A stretch of DNA of 51,955 bases from Basidiobolus meristosporus CBS 931.73 (taxonomy: Eukaryota > Fungi > Basidiobolomycota), in assembly GCA_002104905.1 (NCBI GenBank), contig MCFE01000623.1:1-51955 (forward strand), in the 5' to 3' direction. The notes under the pieces are model-generated. The model made no database searches. It worked only from the letters and a program-made list of their open reading frames with translations, and was not told where the DNA came from. Every line of letters starts with the position of its first letter. Position 1 is the first letter of the stretch. The position numbers and the translations under genes were made by a program. Below are positions 10,148 to 23,322 of this stretch, in pieces.

Positions 10148-10360
10148 ATGACCTTCTATGTCCTTACCACAGTGTGTATTTTGGCCCAACTGGCCACCAC
10201 AGCCAGCATCGAATCCACCAAGAGGTGTGCAACTTCTCACAGCAGCGAGGCGTGGCGTATGCTTAGAAAGCCCAGCATGGCCGCGTCGGGGAAACTGGAA
10301 ACCTGGTTGAGGCGGAGGGAATCATCTATTTTGGGATTGGCCCTAAGCTCCATATATTGA
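10148..10360 (+). CDS. Possible small secreted peptide (70 aa)
   Basis: Signal-peptide-like N-terminus MTFYVLTTVCILAQLATTA followed by KR. No other support. Confidence 0.25.
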   Translation: MTFYVLTTVCILAQLATTASIESTKRCATSHSSEAWRMLRKPSMAASGKLETWLRRRESSILGLALSSIY

Positions 10361-11986
10361 ATCTGTGCCATCGCACCATGTATGCGTCAACAGCAGGTAT
10401 TTCATATCACATGAATGGACCAAGGGTGGAATGATGTAGCGTTGTACAATTATGGAGCGCATTGTTTGGAAAGTTTTGAAGTAATTAAACATGAAGTTAT
10501 ATGGAGTGAGGATTCATATTATCAGCACTGAGGACTAGCGTTGCATAAAAAAGAGAATCGTGCATGTTTCATCGGGAAAATGGACGGGTCTAGATTCCTT
10601 TGTTTTCGTATTGGTTTCTTATTCCTATTACTAGATTGTCTCAGCGACCCACTTCCTCCATTCTACCGTGTACATCCACAGGAATATTCTGTTATTCTAT
10701 GTTGCGCAAATTCCGTGACCATTATTCTGCTTTGAATGTTGGCAGTGGCATTGCTGGGCAATTCTGCTTGGACTCAACATGACTAGATGTAGATGGGCCT
10801 TACGTTCTCCTGCATTACATGCGGAGAGGATGGTGTAGTCAGATGGTTTGGCTAGTGATGAAAATCGTTTCCTGCATTCCTAGAATCATCACCAGCAGCT
10901 TTCAGGTTAAATTTGAGCCACGCCGGAATTAGCGAAAAAAGGACAATGGTGATCCTTTGCTGAGGTTGCTATTTAGCAAGATCTAAAGTGTGGAACTCCG
11001 CCTATCATCAGTCGTTCGCTTGTTTTACTAGCATGTGGGCTAGCTTATGGTTGAAGCTGAATCATGGATCTATCATATCGTTCTCCTACCTCAAGGAGCT
11101 CAGATAGAAGTAAAGTGTTCTGGCGGGGTCAAGTCTTCTGCACCGGCCAAGAAACTGCACATGTTTTGGCCAGATTCAATTTGTAACCCTTCTAATCCGA
11201 GATTCAATTGCAGCCTCTATCCAAGATTCATTGTAGCCCTTCCAATCCACCCCTATACATCGCTGATGAATGGCTTCGTTTCTTTGTAACACTGATCATA
11301 TTATCTATGTCAGACTCCATCCCGCTTTAGCCTAAAACCTTGGATTACTCGATCAGACTCAGTGCCATCTCCTATTCTATCACTATACACATGTACATTT
11401 ATGGTTCAGATGAAGCTTAGTCATCACTGGGCCTGGGGGCTAGAGACATGTACACACAGCCAAAGGGGAAAAGTTGATGTTGTTCTCCCAGCACCCAGTC
11501 GCACAAACAACAAGAGTGGGTTGACAAGTCACGTAGCAAACCCCGCCATAACCCTAGCCCTGAGCCGCGACACTGGCTAGCTATATAACAGCCATGTATA
11601 CCTGTCAAGGTGGTGAAATGAAGTCGCCCTGAAACATGCATGCAATAGACCATATCCAATCCTCAATTATAGAGTAAACCAGGAATCTAGTCATTTGGAC
11701 AACTTTACATATATAAGTGACCTGGATGTCTGGCAGCATGAGACAACCTTCCACATCATACTTAGGATTGCTCGCTTGATGGGAGCGAATCTCATTAGCA
11801 ATCCTCCGCCATTCCTCAAGTATTCCTCACAAATCATAGCCAGATAGATCAAGAAACAAATTAATAGACATTCCCTTATCATCTACAGCAATCAGATCAG
11901 GAGATGCCTCAGTACCCTTGGTATTCTTGATTTGTCCATTTTCATTACGTGACCGTTGAGTATGCGAGTATGCGAGTATAAATTAG

Positions 11987-12481
<495 letters not shown>

Positions 12482-13229
12482 CTGCATCATCACCAGTCCA
12501 TAGATCAGCTAGGACGTATCCAACTCTATCGTCTCGCCGATATTCAGCCACTATTCTGACCCTTCTACTCAGCATTCCATTGTTTGAATAGAGTTTTGAA
12601 GAATCCAGTCATTGAGAACTACCCGACCCCACTTATAATGATTCGAACCTGTCCTTTTTGCTTGCCATGTAATGGTACCAGCGTTCCAACTCCCCCTCCC
12701 CAAAGCTATAATGGCAGCTCTTATGCAGTAATCTCCGAAAGTATATTTATAAGGCTCTGTACCACAGCAATTTGTACATTTCAAGTTGGACGTTTGATTA
12801 TAAACCGTCCCGCAATGGTAATGGCTTAGCTAATAACCATGGGATGGGTGATGGCATTTGTCAATGTGGTCTATTGGTTGCGAGCTTATATCTGTGTGAC
12901 TGTTCCTTTGGAATAAGTGATATGCGAGTCATGGTTAGCTATGTAGTTTATACACGTATCAGTATTATTATTATCATCATCATTACTTCAGGTCGTTCAT
13001 GATTAAATTACAAAGGAGCAGAACACTTTAGGTTGGGGAGCAACCAAGGGAAATATTGAGCGATGTTACATAGATAGGCTCATCACAGGTAATGTATCAT
13101 ATTATGCTAATATATAGGCGGTACAGCGTATCGACTTCACACAAAACTTTGAGGGGTGGTGAACGTGAATAGTGCCCGTGAAAAGTGGGAGTAGGACCCG
13201 AAAGAAAATACATAAGAAAGGGGGAACAT

Positions 13230-14131
13230 TTAGCAGCAACCATATCGTTTGGAAGGAGCGTCGGAAGGTAATTGAAAAGTGTTGTTATTACTTGCCTCTC
13301 CATCGCCGAACATGTCGAATTCCATTTGCGGGATTTTCACCATCTTCGCAATATAGCTAAATGCTTGCTCCACGTTGGTGCCTTCTTTAGCACTAGCTTC
13401 AAAACATGGTATCTCCATGGATTTTCCGCTGTGGCGCAAAGCAAACGCCTTGGCCTGTCTCCGTGATACCACCCGCTCGTCAATGTCGATTTTGTTTCCA
13501 ATCATGACGAACGGGAATTCCGTTGGATCTGCCACCCCCGCCTGTTTTAGAAATTCTGCCCGCCAGCGCTCCAGGTGCTCAAAGGTAAGATAGTTGTTGA
13601 CATCATAAACCAGCACACAAGCATCGGCGCCCCTGTAGAATGCCACCCCTAAAGATTGAAACCGCTCCTGACCTGTGGAGAGGCGAGGCGTTAGTCTCTC
13701 ATACAACCACCGAAATGGTTTGGAACGCGATGTATAGAAGTTCTCACCTGCAGTGTCCCATATCTGCAACATGATTCTTTTTCCATCTACGTGAATCTCT
13801 TTGGCAATGAAATCAGCACCTATGGTGGCTTTGTATGCGTTGGTAAAACGTTTGTGTATAAACTAGAAAAACGTTGGCGTAAGTAAGTTCGTATATTGAA
13901 CAGTCTCTGAAGACTGGATTAGTTACTCCGAGTTGGATGAGTGTGTGAAGAAATACCAACTTGATTACGTAGAGAAGTCTGAGGGAGAGCAGCGGAGGTT
14001 CACGATATTCAAAAGGAGAGCATTCAAAATTTAGTCCCGTTGCACCAGAATATGTAGGGATATACAGTAGTACTAACTTTGCCAACTCCACCATCCCCAA
14101 TCAAAACAACTTTCAATATCTCTTTGGCCAT
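13230..14131 (-). CDS. YPT7: Rab7/Ypt7-like small GTPase (4 exons)
   Basis: Spliced [18 protein letters not shown]|TSLRNQ|[18 protein letters not shown]...WDTAG|[16 protein letters not shown], then GNKID, FEASAK and a C-terminal CC. GT-AG introns. Confidence 0.92.
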
Positions 14132-14750
14132 ACTCGAGCGAGGTTCTATTGCACGTCTAATAGTAAGGAGAAAGGGTTTTCTTAAGGACTGTAAGTGTAC
14201 GTGAGGTGTGTTGTTGGGTAAATGCTTGTTGAATTTTCTTAGTAGTAGTGCAGAGAAAAGATACGAATATCATGAAGCAAGCAAGGAGAAATATAAATTA
14301 GGGGCGATAAATAATGAAGGGCTTATAGTGAGGATACGTGTTGAAAGGACGATAGTTGCGTACATGGATTGGACTAACCGTGGAAATCGGGGTACCTGAT
14401 CAGGGTTAGGGTTGCAGCTGGACCTCATAATCAGAGGTGATCGTACAATGTGTAATACAGCACTTCAACTCACATAAGAACTCATAAATTCCACGTCACA
14501 AAAGTGGGCCTTTACAAATGAAAGTGAGTGTTGAACAGATGCCCTTTGTGTGCAAAGCTTAGGACCTCCACTGCCCTGAGGAGTTAGGATAATATTGGTC
14601 ATCTCACCCACTCTTCAAAGGATATGGTTTGAATATGGCTTTTAGCATTCTAGAATAAAAGTGCAGGAATATTTACTGGCAAAAATATGTAAACACCAAA
14701 AAGATTACTGGTATAAGGTGACTTGGTTTACAGAATGGTTGGCTCTTGAT

Positions 14751-15530
14751 TCATTTTTCAGCCTCACCTACATGCCTGATCTGTTGCTGATGTAGCTTGA
14801 CCTGTTCTCTAAACTGTCTTCGGTAAATTCTACGTTGGATGGTTCCCACGCTGAAAACTATAAATCCAATGACAAAAACAACGGAATAGATGTAAAGGCC
14901 GATGGGTGTGGTCTGGATATCTGTCCCTTCGCCATATTGGCCAGGATCCAAAGTTGATGAGGATGGCTTTGGGAGTGGTAGAGAGGCTCGGAAGTATGGC
15001 CCAAATGGCTTAGTGTGCACACTTGAATCTATGGGCATATTGACAAAATCTAATGGCGAAGTTAGAGGGATGCTTTTTCCATCCCCAGGTGAAGAGTCCA
15101 TCACCAAGGTGTAGGACAAAGGGGCTGTGAGTTTGGACAGAGAGCCAGCCGAAGTCGTGCGCTGAGGGGAAAATTGGCCATTGAAAAGGTAGGAATCCGT
15201 TACGCTTGAGGGGCTAATGATGGGCAGGATTACATACCATCCACTCCTATATCTTTCCAAGGTCCAGTTCCCCCAGTATTCGTTGATCCTTGTGGTGAAA
15301 TCGCCAAAGATAAACTTCAGGCTCCATTTAGAGTTTGCAGTCGCTATTGGTAAGGCTATGGTCAGATTTCCACCGAATAGCCCACTTCTCTCGTCCACCC
15401 ACGCCACACTGTATTGAATTTGGAGCCCAAGAGGGTTTGTAGGCTTGTTGTCGGAATCTCTTTTGAAGTTGTGGGAAGATACACCACCTAACCAGACGAA
15501 AATGATGTTCCACTGCGAAAGAAACCTCAT
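14751..15530 (-). CDS. Type I membrane protein with a CBM2-like extracellular beta domain
   Basis: Signal peptide, Trp-spaced beta-rich region (YSVAW...GGNLTI...KWSLKF...INEYWGNW), S/P/T-rich linker, one TM helix (IGLYIYSVVFVIGFIVFSVGTI) and a basic cytosolic tail. The CBM2 call is pattern recognition only. Confidence 0.75.
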   Translation of the reverse strand: MRFLSQWNIIFVWLGGVSSHNFKRDSDNKPTNPLGLQIQYSVAWVDERSGLFGGNLTIALPIATANSKWSLKFIFGDFTTRINEYWGNWTLERYRSGWYVILPIISPSSVTDSYLFNGQFSPQRTTSAGSLSKLTAPLSYTLVMDSSPGDGKSIPLTSPLDFVNMPIDSSVHTKPFGPYFRASLPLPKPSSSTLDPGQYGEGTDIQTTPIGLYIYSVVFVIGFIVFSVGTIQRRIYRRQFREQVKLHQQQIRHVGEAEK

Positions 15531-16008
15531 GTTAATACATCCAACAATCCAATATACAAATGTGGGCTTTGTAAAGAAACAAGGAACGAGAGCTGGATGG
15601 AAGTAAAAGGCGATGGGTGATGTTGGTAGATAACCGAGAGGTCAAACAATTGCAAACCTCAACCATGCAGGCATCTGCGGACAAACTCTGAGGTTGTCAC
15701 ATATCAGCTTATTGTCCTCAAGGACGTTTATCGGGATTTAGAGTTTGGCATTGCCTCAAACATCAATCATCAGTAAAAGATTAAAAGGGGAGGAATCAAT
15801 CAATATCCAGCAGAGTAATTCAAAGATTATCAACTGATACCCAATGAACTCTATCCACACATGCCTGTAGTGCAGAGCAGCATAGATATATCATGAAACA
15901 CGGATATGCATGATGTGTCTAGGTACATTGGTATTTATAGCCCGCAAGTGACCAGCCTTCCTCACCCATTCCACCTTTACCTTTCCCTTCTTTGCATTTT
16001 TGTACGAT

Positions 16009-17146
16009 ATGTTTGGGCAATTGGATAAATTATTTGTTCTTGTACTGGCATCACTAGGTAACTTTGGTATTTCTCTGAAGCTGGTCTCCTCTAATGACAC
16101 TTCAATGATTAGCCACTATCAGCGCAGAACCCTTGGTCGATATTCCATATACCTCGCTGGACTTGGCCATCGGTAGGACTCAAGGCAACGCCCAAAGAGT
16201 TGCTATCGCCATCGACCGCGTGGACAACCTTGTTGGGGATTATGGCGAACTTGTTGCCGCCAAGTTCAGCCATGTGATACTGGACTTTGAAATCACCAAG
16301 GACCAGGTAAGAGAGCCCAATTGAAGTTCCAATACCCGGCACTTGGCTAACGTCCTTTGTTTCACTACTAGATCAAACTAAACAATGTTCCCATTGAATA
16401 CGGAATCTCCAATCTCAAGGTATAGCGTTTGCCCAAAGCTACATATCCCCCCCCCACTTAGACTAAGCCCTTGCCAGTTGGAAGCAGCATTGGCCATCAC
16501 GCCTGAAGCGCTCACAATGTCACCTGACCAAGTTCTTGGAGCATTTGATCTGGGTATCATCGCTTTACAAATCACCGCTATCCGTGACAAGGTATACAAC
16601 TCCACCCTGAACCAAGAAGTGAGCAGAGTCACACTGGAAGAAATCATCACCGAAATCAATGGGTGCGAGATAGTCCAGACCAATATTAGTCAACAGATTA
16701 TTGATTTGGATGATGGCGGCAATGTCACCGGTTATCAGCCATCTGTACGAGGAGACCTCACAATTTCCCAACCACATATGCAGGAGGAATCAGGTGAGTC
16801 ACTAAACTTGCATACGCCCATTGAATCCCACTAAACTTTGGATATTCCAGCCACCTCCCAGAATCCTTGCAACTTCGCTTCTCTACGCAATCGCCTTCAG
16901 TCTTGGATACATGAAAACCCTGGGGCAGCCAGGCTTAGCGCGTTGGCAACCCTGACGATCAGCGGCATTTTTGCCTTCTTTGTCCTTCTGCCACTGTTGA
17001 TCTATCGTCGTTTACGTGAACGCAACGCGCTAAGATTTGTGTACGACGAAGAGTACACCAGAATTGCACAGTACGAGTCGGAGATGGAGGATGAGAAATT
17101 TGGTTCGTTTGAAGGAACAAATGAAGAACAGAAGTTGCTCAAGTAG
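16009..17146 (+). CDS. Type I membrane protein of unknown function (5 exons predicted)
   Basis: ATG at 16009 gives the signal peptide MFGQLDKLFVLVLASL|ATISA. Four GT-AG introns join the track ORFs 16133, 16385 and 16838 in frame. TM helix LSALATLTISGIFAFFVLLPLLIY followed by RR. Confidence 0.7.
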
Positions 17147-18292
17147 GAAAGCAAGTTTAATTGCTACGGAATATCATTGACCTACCCACTGTGTATCGTG
17201 TATCGTGTATCGTATATTGTACCCTATTTTCATTTAACAAAGTATTGGGGAGAATTAATCGAAATGCCTGATTGAGATAAAGAGATCATTCTATTTCTTG
17301 GAAGTACAGATCGTTGTTGCACCACCAAGCCCTCATGTCCGGACTGAGATTTAATTGAGATGTCTCACGTCCTCCACTTTCCCAATCGATTAATCATTTC
17401 CTTGATTCCTTCTACATGCACCCTGGGTCACATCGCAGATCATATGAAGCTCAGGTGGTTCAATTCCTTCCTTGCGTCATAATGTTTCAGACTCCCAATG
17501 AGATCGTCTAAATATAGCTATGGCATGCTGGGATCGCATTTTTTATCACTAGTGTCACCATGTGAATAGTTGACAACTCTTCATCTGTCTGTGACGAAGT
17601 GCGCAATCGGTCGGGCGGGTTATAAGCTTACATCGCAATGTCTGCTCGGTTTGGACATGCACTCCGGTAAGTATCCCCATCGCAGTGGAGAAAGACATCA
17701 ATCAAACGAACAATTAGTACATCGTTCCAGACCTGTATCTCCGCAACACGTCAGTGTTGAGTCAGCCAGAGCGATTGTCTTACATGCCAGGATTAATAAG
17801 GAATCATGAGGCAATTGTCAATCCTTCACATTTGTGCAGATGAGGCCAAGAACACCTCCATAGCTCACGGGCGGAGAGAGGGAAATCAATCACCAGTGCA
17901 TAGATGAGACTGACATAATGCTGCACGTGGAATTGCTTCGACATGCGTGAACGAAACCATGATGTACAGAAGCTTCAGAACTTGCACTTTGAAGGAACCA
18001 ATTTAGCTATTCTGATTAAGGTTAGCTGAAATCGAGGTGTGGAGCCGAGCTATGATTCGCTTGGTTTTCATCCCCAGCATACCAGAGAAAGGCTCATGTA
18101 ACGACAACTCGTCACCGTTCTACATAATGATGTTACCCGCCGATGAGTACAGCTACCATAAGTAGAGAATGACCGAATCTGCTCCCATCACAAATCCTGC
18201 TATAAATAGTCCCCTCTTGGGATGGAAATACGCATATATTGTGAATTATGGTTTGTCTATCGTGCTTCAAACTCCCTGCCAACAACTACCAG

Positions 18293-18508
18293 CTACTGGC
18301 AACTTCGGAAGCAGAAGTCACAAAGTCCAAGCGTTACACCATTACTCCACCACCTAGAAGGGATTCTCTTCATCAAAGGGCGCGATTGCTTTACAAGTGC
18401 AACTCGGACGGCACCCTACAAGATCGAGACAGCATACCACGATTTGAACAAATGCTACAGAACAATGATGTTGTGCGGATTAGAATCACGCCGGCCATTG
18501 CAATTTAA
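18293..18508 (+). CDS. Terminal exon of a small protein, paralog A
   Basis: Ends ...LLYKCNSDGTLQDRDSIPRFEQMLQNNDVVRIRITPAIAI*, homologous to 19176-19421. 5' exons unresolved. Confidence 0.5.
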   Translation, partial: LLATSEAEVTKSKRYTITPPPRRDSLHQRARLLYKCNSDGTLQDRDSIPRFEQMLQNNDVVRIRITPAIAI

Positions 18509-19175
18509 TGATTCCCATCACCTGTGAAGATCACCAGGCATGAATACTTGACCTCGAACCCGGCTTCCACCGCGATGCAGGCGCGGCATAGCGACCGTTG
18601 GCCGCCGCACCTATCGACTAGATCCTAATGAGGATGTAGCTCGCATGAGCAGTTCGCTCCTACGCACCTTGGATTACAATTTATAATTTAACCCCATCTA
18701 GTAGCCAAACTAATTCACTAAAACAAAGATCAACCCATAGTATCGGCAGCCCGAACACAATAAAAACCAGTTGCCAAAATTTGACACCCTCCCCCCAAAA
18801 AGTCGTCCACAGTCCAAAAAAGACCACCAACAGTCTCTTGTTTAACCAGGTTCCGAGCCATCCTTCCCTTGGGATTGAAATTATGGGCGTCGTACCTGCT
18901 GTTGGTGCTACTTCCCTAGTATTGATGAGTACCCATAGTCTGTGCCCCAAGTCGACTTGTTTCATACACGCAACTTGGGGGCGGTGATAGTATTGTGATC
19001 AGTGGTTAAGGTTTACACACATTCTATTACATATTTATTGGTGGCGGGATTTAGGATATCGGTACATGCGGATTAGTGGTGCTCTATGTATTATATAATA
19101 TCTATTATGTTAACATGACAATATCAAACGGTCATTGAATTCTATGTGGCCTCGAGACTGATGGCTTTGCGTTTG

Positions 19176-19421
19176 TTACATGGCGACGGTGGGGGTCAGT
19201 GTGATGCGAACGATGATGTCGTTTTGAAGCATCTCCTCGAACCGTGGAAGGTTGGATCGATTCTGGATGGCCCCTCTCCTATCGCAGCTGTAAGGCAGTG
19301 CTGATGCGTGAACCAAGGAGGAGTTTCTTGGTGGGGATTTCTTTGTACAGAAGGGTTGTGGCTCATTGGACTCTAGTGGTTGATACTTGGAGGTATCGTT
19401 TGTGCATGGAATGCAAAGCAT
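19176..19421 (-). CDS. Terminal exon of a small protein, paralog B
   Basis: Ends ...LPYSCDRRGAIQNRSNLPRFEEMLQNDIIVRITLTPTVAM*. 5' exons unresolved. Confidence 0.5.
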   Translation of the reverse strand: MLCIPCTNDTSKYQPLESNEPQPFCTKKSPPRNSSLVHASALPYSCDRRGAIQNRSNLPRFEEMLQNDIIVRITLTPTVAM

Positions 19422-21476
19422 CGTAGTGTGTTATGCAATATGATGAGTGAAAAGCCTTGATTCGTACTGGACGACCGTTGATGTTCCCTCATTATATATT
19501 CCTTCTGCAACACCAAAAAAGGAACCCGTGCCAAATAACCATGCGATCGCAATTGGACAGAATGCCCATGATCGGACCTATAGGCCCCCAGTCTCCCTGG
19601 GTGGACACAAAATTCATTCCACGCATGGCGATTGGTACTGTGATAAAAGGCCAAATGATTGCTCCTCGACCAAATCAAGAAAAAGTTCACATTCCGTGTA
19701 ACCGATATCGCCGGCTCAGGGGAAAACATGTACCAAGGGGGGATGCAGAAAAAAATGAGCTAAATATCGGTTTAAATTGCCATGCCCTTATATGGTGGGA
19801 ACAATCTCACTAATGATGGGGATCGCTCCAATTAGGATGATTGTTCTGGCTGAGTGGGATGAAAAGAAGCATTCCCTGCTGCAGAAGACGCACCATCCTC
19901 GTCAAAATGATGCGGAACCCGAGCTGGGATCATTACATCCAGGTTGGGAATGGTTGATTGGTTACCGCTCAACGTGGTCTTCTCAACACTGGGATAGGAG
20001 ATCAGTATCTCCGCAATTTTTGCACGCGCGGTCGATGGACACTTCTGTAGAGAAGTTCCATTATTAGTTAGTCAGCGTGAACTCGAGTGGGATTCTCTCA
20101 TTCCGGGCGATCGATAGTACGGCACCCAATTAGTTCTCATACTTCCCATATGTGGCCACCTCATCAACCAATCCACCGACTTTGGGTAAATGCGTCATAA
20201 ATTCGACCATATTCATGTTGAGTTTGCCCATGGGTTAAAATAAAAGCGGAATCCCTTCCTCTTTTGGCTTCTGATGCTTGACGGGTAATGAGAAAGATGA
20301 AGGTGGGTTGATAGCAGATATGATCATTCAGATAGTATAGAAATGGCGTCCATATACTCGAGATCTTTATACCTATGACACCTAAACCCCACTACGCCTA
20401 TGCATATGCAGATACTCCCGAGATTGTAGAGACTGGTTAATTTCTTGAGGTCTTTTGGAGGCTTCGTCTTAGCTGACCGAGATCGAATAAACGAGTTGTT
20501 CATAATTTACCATACGCACCTGGTTTATGCTTACTCCAGAATTGACCAAACAACCCAACTACTCTCGAGTAGTGAAGTTCCCAGAAATCTTCCATCACCC
20601 AAGGTTAACATCCAAATACCGGTTAGCAGTCCTTCGAAAACCATAGTCTTCAGGTATTGACTTGGTCAGGTGGGATACTTGATTCGTTTGCTGGAAGTGT
20701 CACCACTAGGTTTTACTTGCATCGTCTAGATGCATTGGGGATTTGGAAATGATCTGGATTTACTATAATGTAGCATTCAAAGTTCTAATCATTAGCCATG
20801 TATGCATGTCACCTCAATAAACGCAAGAATGGCGTTTTCTTGGATCTTTGACTAGTAGCTGGTGATTTTGGTATGCCCATAACTTGCCAGTTGTATTGAG
20901 AGCCTGGAAGTAAACAGATTTAAATTCAAAGATTTGGTGGCCAATGTACAGACTTGCTTCAGCTTTACAAACCTTGGTTTCACATAGCTGAAAGCATTGC
21001 AGGATCTTACCTAGCATGGGAAGTGATTCGAAGAGTCTGTATCTCTGCATAATGCTCGTCTGTTAACGAGTTCATACTATAAAGAATGTACTTGAAAGTT
21101 GGAAATCTTCCAGAGCATGACTTGGCAAATGCTATTCAAGAGAAATACCAAGTGAATGGTCCATAGCTCAGCAATTAGTTAAACTACATCAAAAGGATGA
21201 GCAAAGTAACTCCAACACAAAATGATCACACCAGCAGAATACTTTCATAATATCAGGTGAATTCTAAGCTTTCAGAATTGGCAGCTCTTAATATCTCAGG
21301 TACTAGCTGCTGAGCAAACAAGCAGACATATTTTCCATGAGGAGACTAGGCCCACTAGTACTCATATCCAGACAAAAATTGCTCATTAAGATCATAATAC
21401 TGCATGTAGTTTTATACTTGATTATACCATGAGAGGTTGAGATGTATTAAAGATGTCTGGAAGAGCATCTTAAATA

Positions 21477-22342
21477 TGCTGAACATTTTGTATTTACACC
21501 TATACATTAACCTAACATAGTCACTTAGATCTGTTGTAAAAATTCGGAATTCCACCTAAATATTCACCTAACTTAGTCACTTAGATCATTACCTTCAAAT
21601 CCTAGAGAATACTGACAAAATTCCTTGTTGGGATCCACTTGAAGTATTTACCCAGAACATGAAAATTAGATAAGTTGTCCAAACAGCCCCAAATCTTGCA
21701 CACATGTTCTTAGGACCTTTCTTAACCTATTCTACATGTTTGTAATGCCAAGATCATGTAAAAGTATAAATACTACTTTTAGATTCAATAAATCATTAAG
21801 TGAAAATCACATAATCTACTTGTCCTCCCAATCACTTCCAATATCTCCAAGACTCTTACAACAAGATCATTGCATACAAATCTAATGAAATTCTAGCCAA
21901 AGTACTTATTGGGACTTACTTGAAGTTTTTTTCACCAGACATAAAAAATTTATAAGTTGTCAGAGCAGCCCCAAACTTTATGCATGTGCACTTTGGACTC
22001 CCTTAAGCATATTCTATCTGTTTATTTTGCCTTACTTACTTAGAATATTCTTACCAACACATCAGGTACCCAGAACATCAAATTTCTCAAGGTTGTCCAA
22101 AAAGCCCAAACTTTGCACACATGTTCTTGGGAAACATCCTAAACAAATTCTGCAGGTTTGTCCTGCCAAGACAGTGCAAAAGTATATATACTACCATTAC
22201 ATTCAATATATCATTGATTGAAAACCACAGAATCTACATGTTGTCTGAATCACTCCTAGTATATCCTAAACTCTTGCAGTAGGTACCAAATAATCTACTT
22301 GCTCTCTCAATCACTTTCAATATCTCTAAAACTTACACAACA
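21477..22342 (+). mobile_element. Cluster of old degenerate Copia LTR copies with a nested younger solo LTR
   Basis: An eroded LTR start at 21477 resumes after 21868. A second partial copy at about 22035-22342 ends CTTACACAACA. Confidence 0.8.
21532..21863 (+). mobile_element. Solo Copia LTR (332 bp) with 5-bp TSD AGATC
   Basis: TGTTGTAAAA...TCTTACAACA termini, with AGATC at 21527-21531 and 21864-21868. Confidence 0.95.
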
Positions 22343-23322
22343 AAAATTTCAGCACAAGCAGATGTTGCCATTCTGAGGTGTAGCAATTTGGGACTCATGG
22401 TTAAGCATAAGTGCCTTGAAGATACTCCAAGTGATAGGTTGAACAAGTAAGTTATGGGATAGCACTTAATGATTAATTGATTATAGTAGTGACACTATTA
22501 TTCTTACACAATCCTGGCAAAACTGACATGAAAGAAAAGCTTGCTGGCAAAGCTTTGACCAACTTAACAAATACTTATATTATGTGTATTGCAAGATTCT
22601 AAGGGGCTTTCAAATTGATCTGGAAATCTGAGAGGTCTGTGTTTCTTGCTCATTATCAAACTAAATGACAATAAAGTATTAGTACCTTTGGAACTACTTT
22701 GTAGAGCTAGTGATAAGAATACTTTGAGAGAAGTAGCTGGCAGCTGTATGCAAAGCTTGAGCACCTTTAAACCAGCTTGGAGATGCTAATCATTCTGCAA
22801 ATCAGCAAATGGCCTACAAACTGAATCTCAACTAAGCAATATATATTATTATGGCTAGCTAAGTGGAGTTTTAGGTAATATCAGTACTTTAAGTGTAAAC
22901 CAAATGGCAACAACTTTGAATACTCAATTCTTGATAATACACCATACTAGAATCTCAAAAAAGTATTGGCAATACACTCAAGGATTCATTGGTAAAGAAT
23001 GTAAGTGACTAAGCTCATGGAAATTTGTGTGTATATGCAAGTTTTATAGCATCAATTGCTAGAAAAGCTTACTCTTGATAAGCCAACAAAAGTACAGCTT
23101 TATATAGAAATATTCTGCTATTAGGCAAGTTGTCCAGAACTTATAGAAGGTCCCAGTTGTACTTATGCATGTATTATAGCCTCAATAGTAGCATTAAAAA
23201 ATATTGTACTATAGGTACCTGGTATTTGCCTTCAATCAATCATTAGGGTATACAGAGCATGAAAAGTTGCTGGTGGTCCAATTAGCCCCAATCCTTGGAA
23301 AATGCACTTGGGACATTCATAA

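Noticed and set aside
13673-13747. 75-nt stop-free in-frame intron in Rab7 as alternative coding sequence
   Set aside because: Canonical GT-AG intron; retention would insert 25 aa into the DTAGQE G3 motif and very likely inactivate the GTPase.
20400-21100. Short ORFs 20445-20660 and 20814-21050 as a gene or pseudogene
   Set aside because: No recognisable motif in any frame and no consistent splice model.
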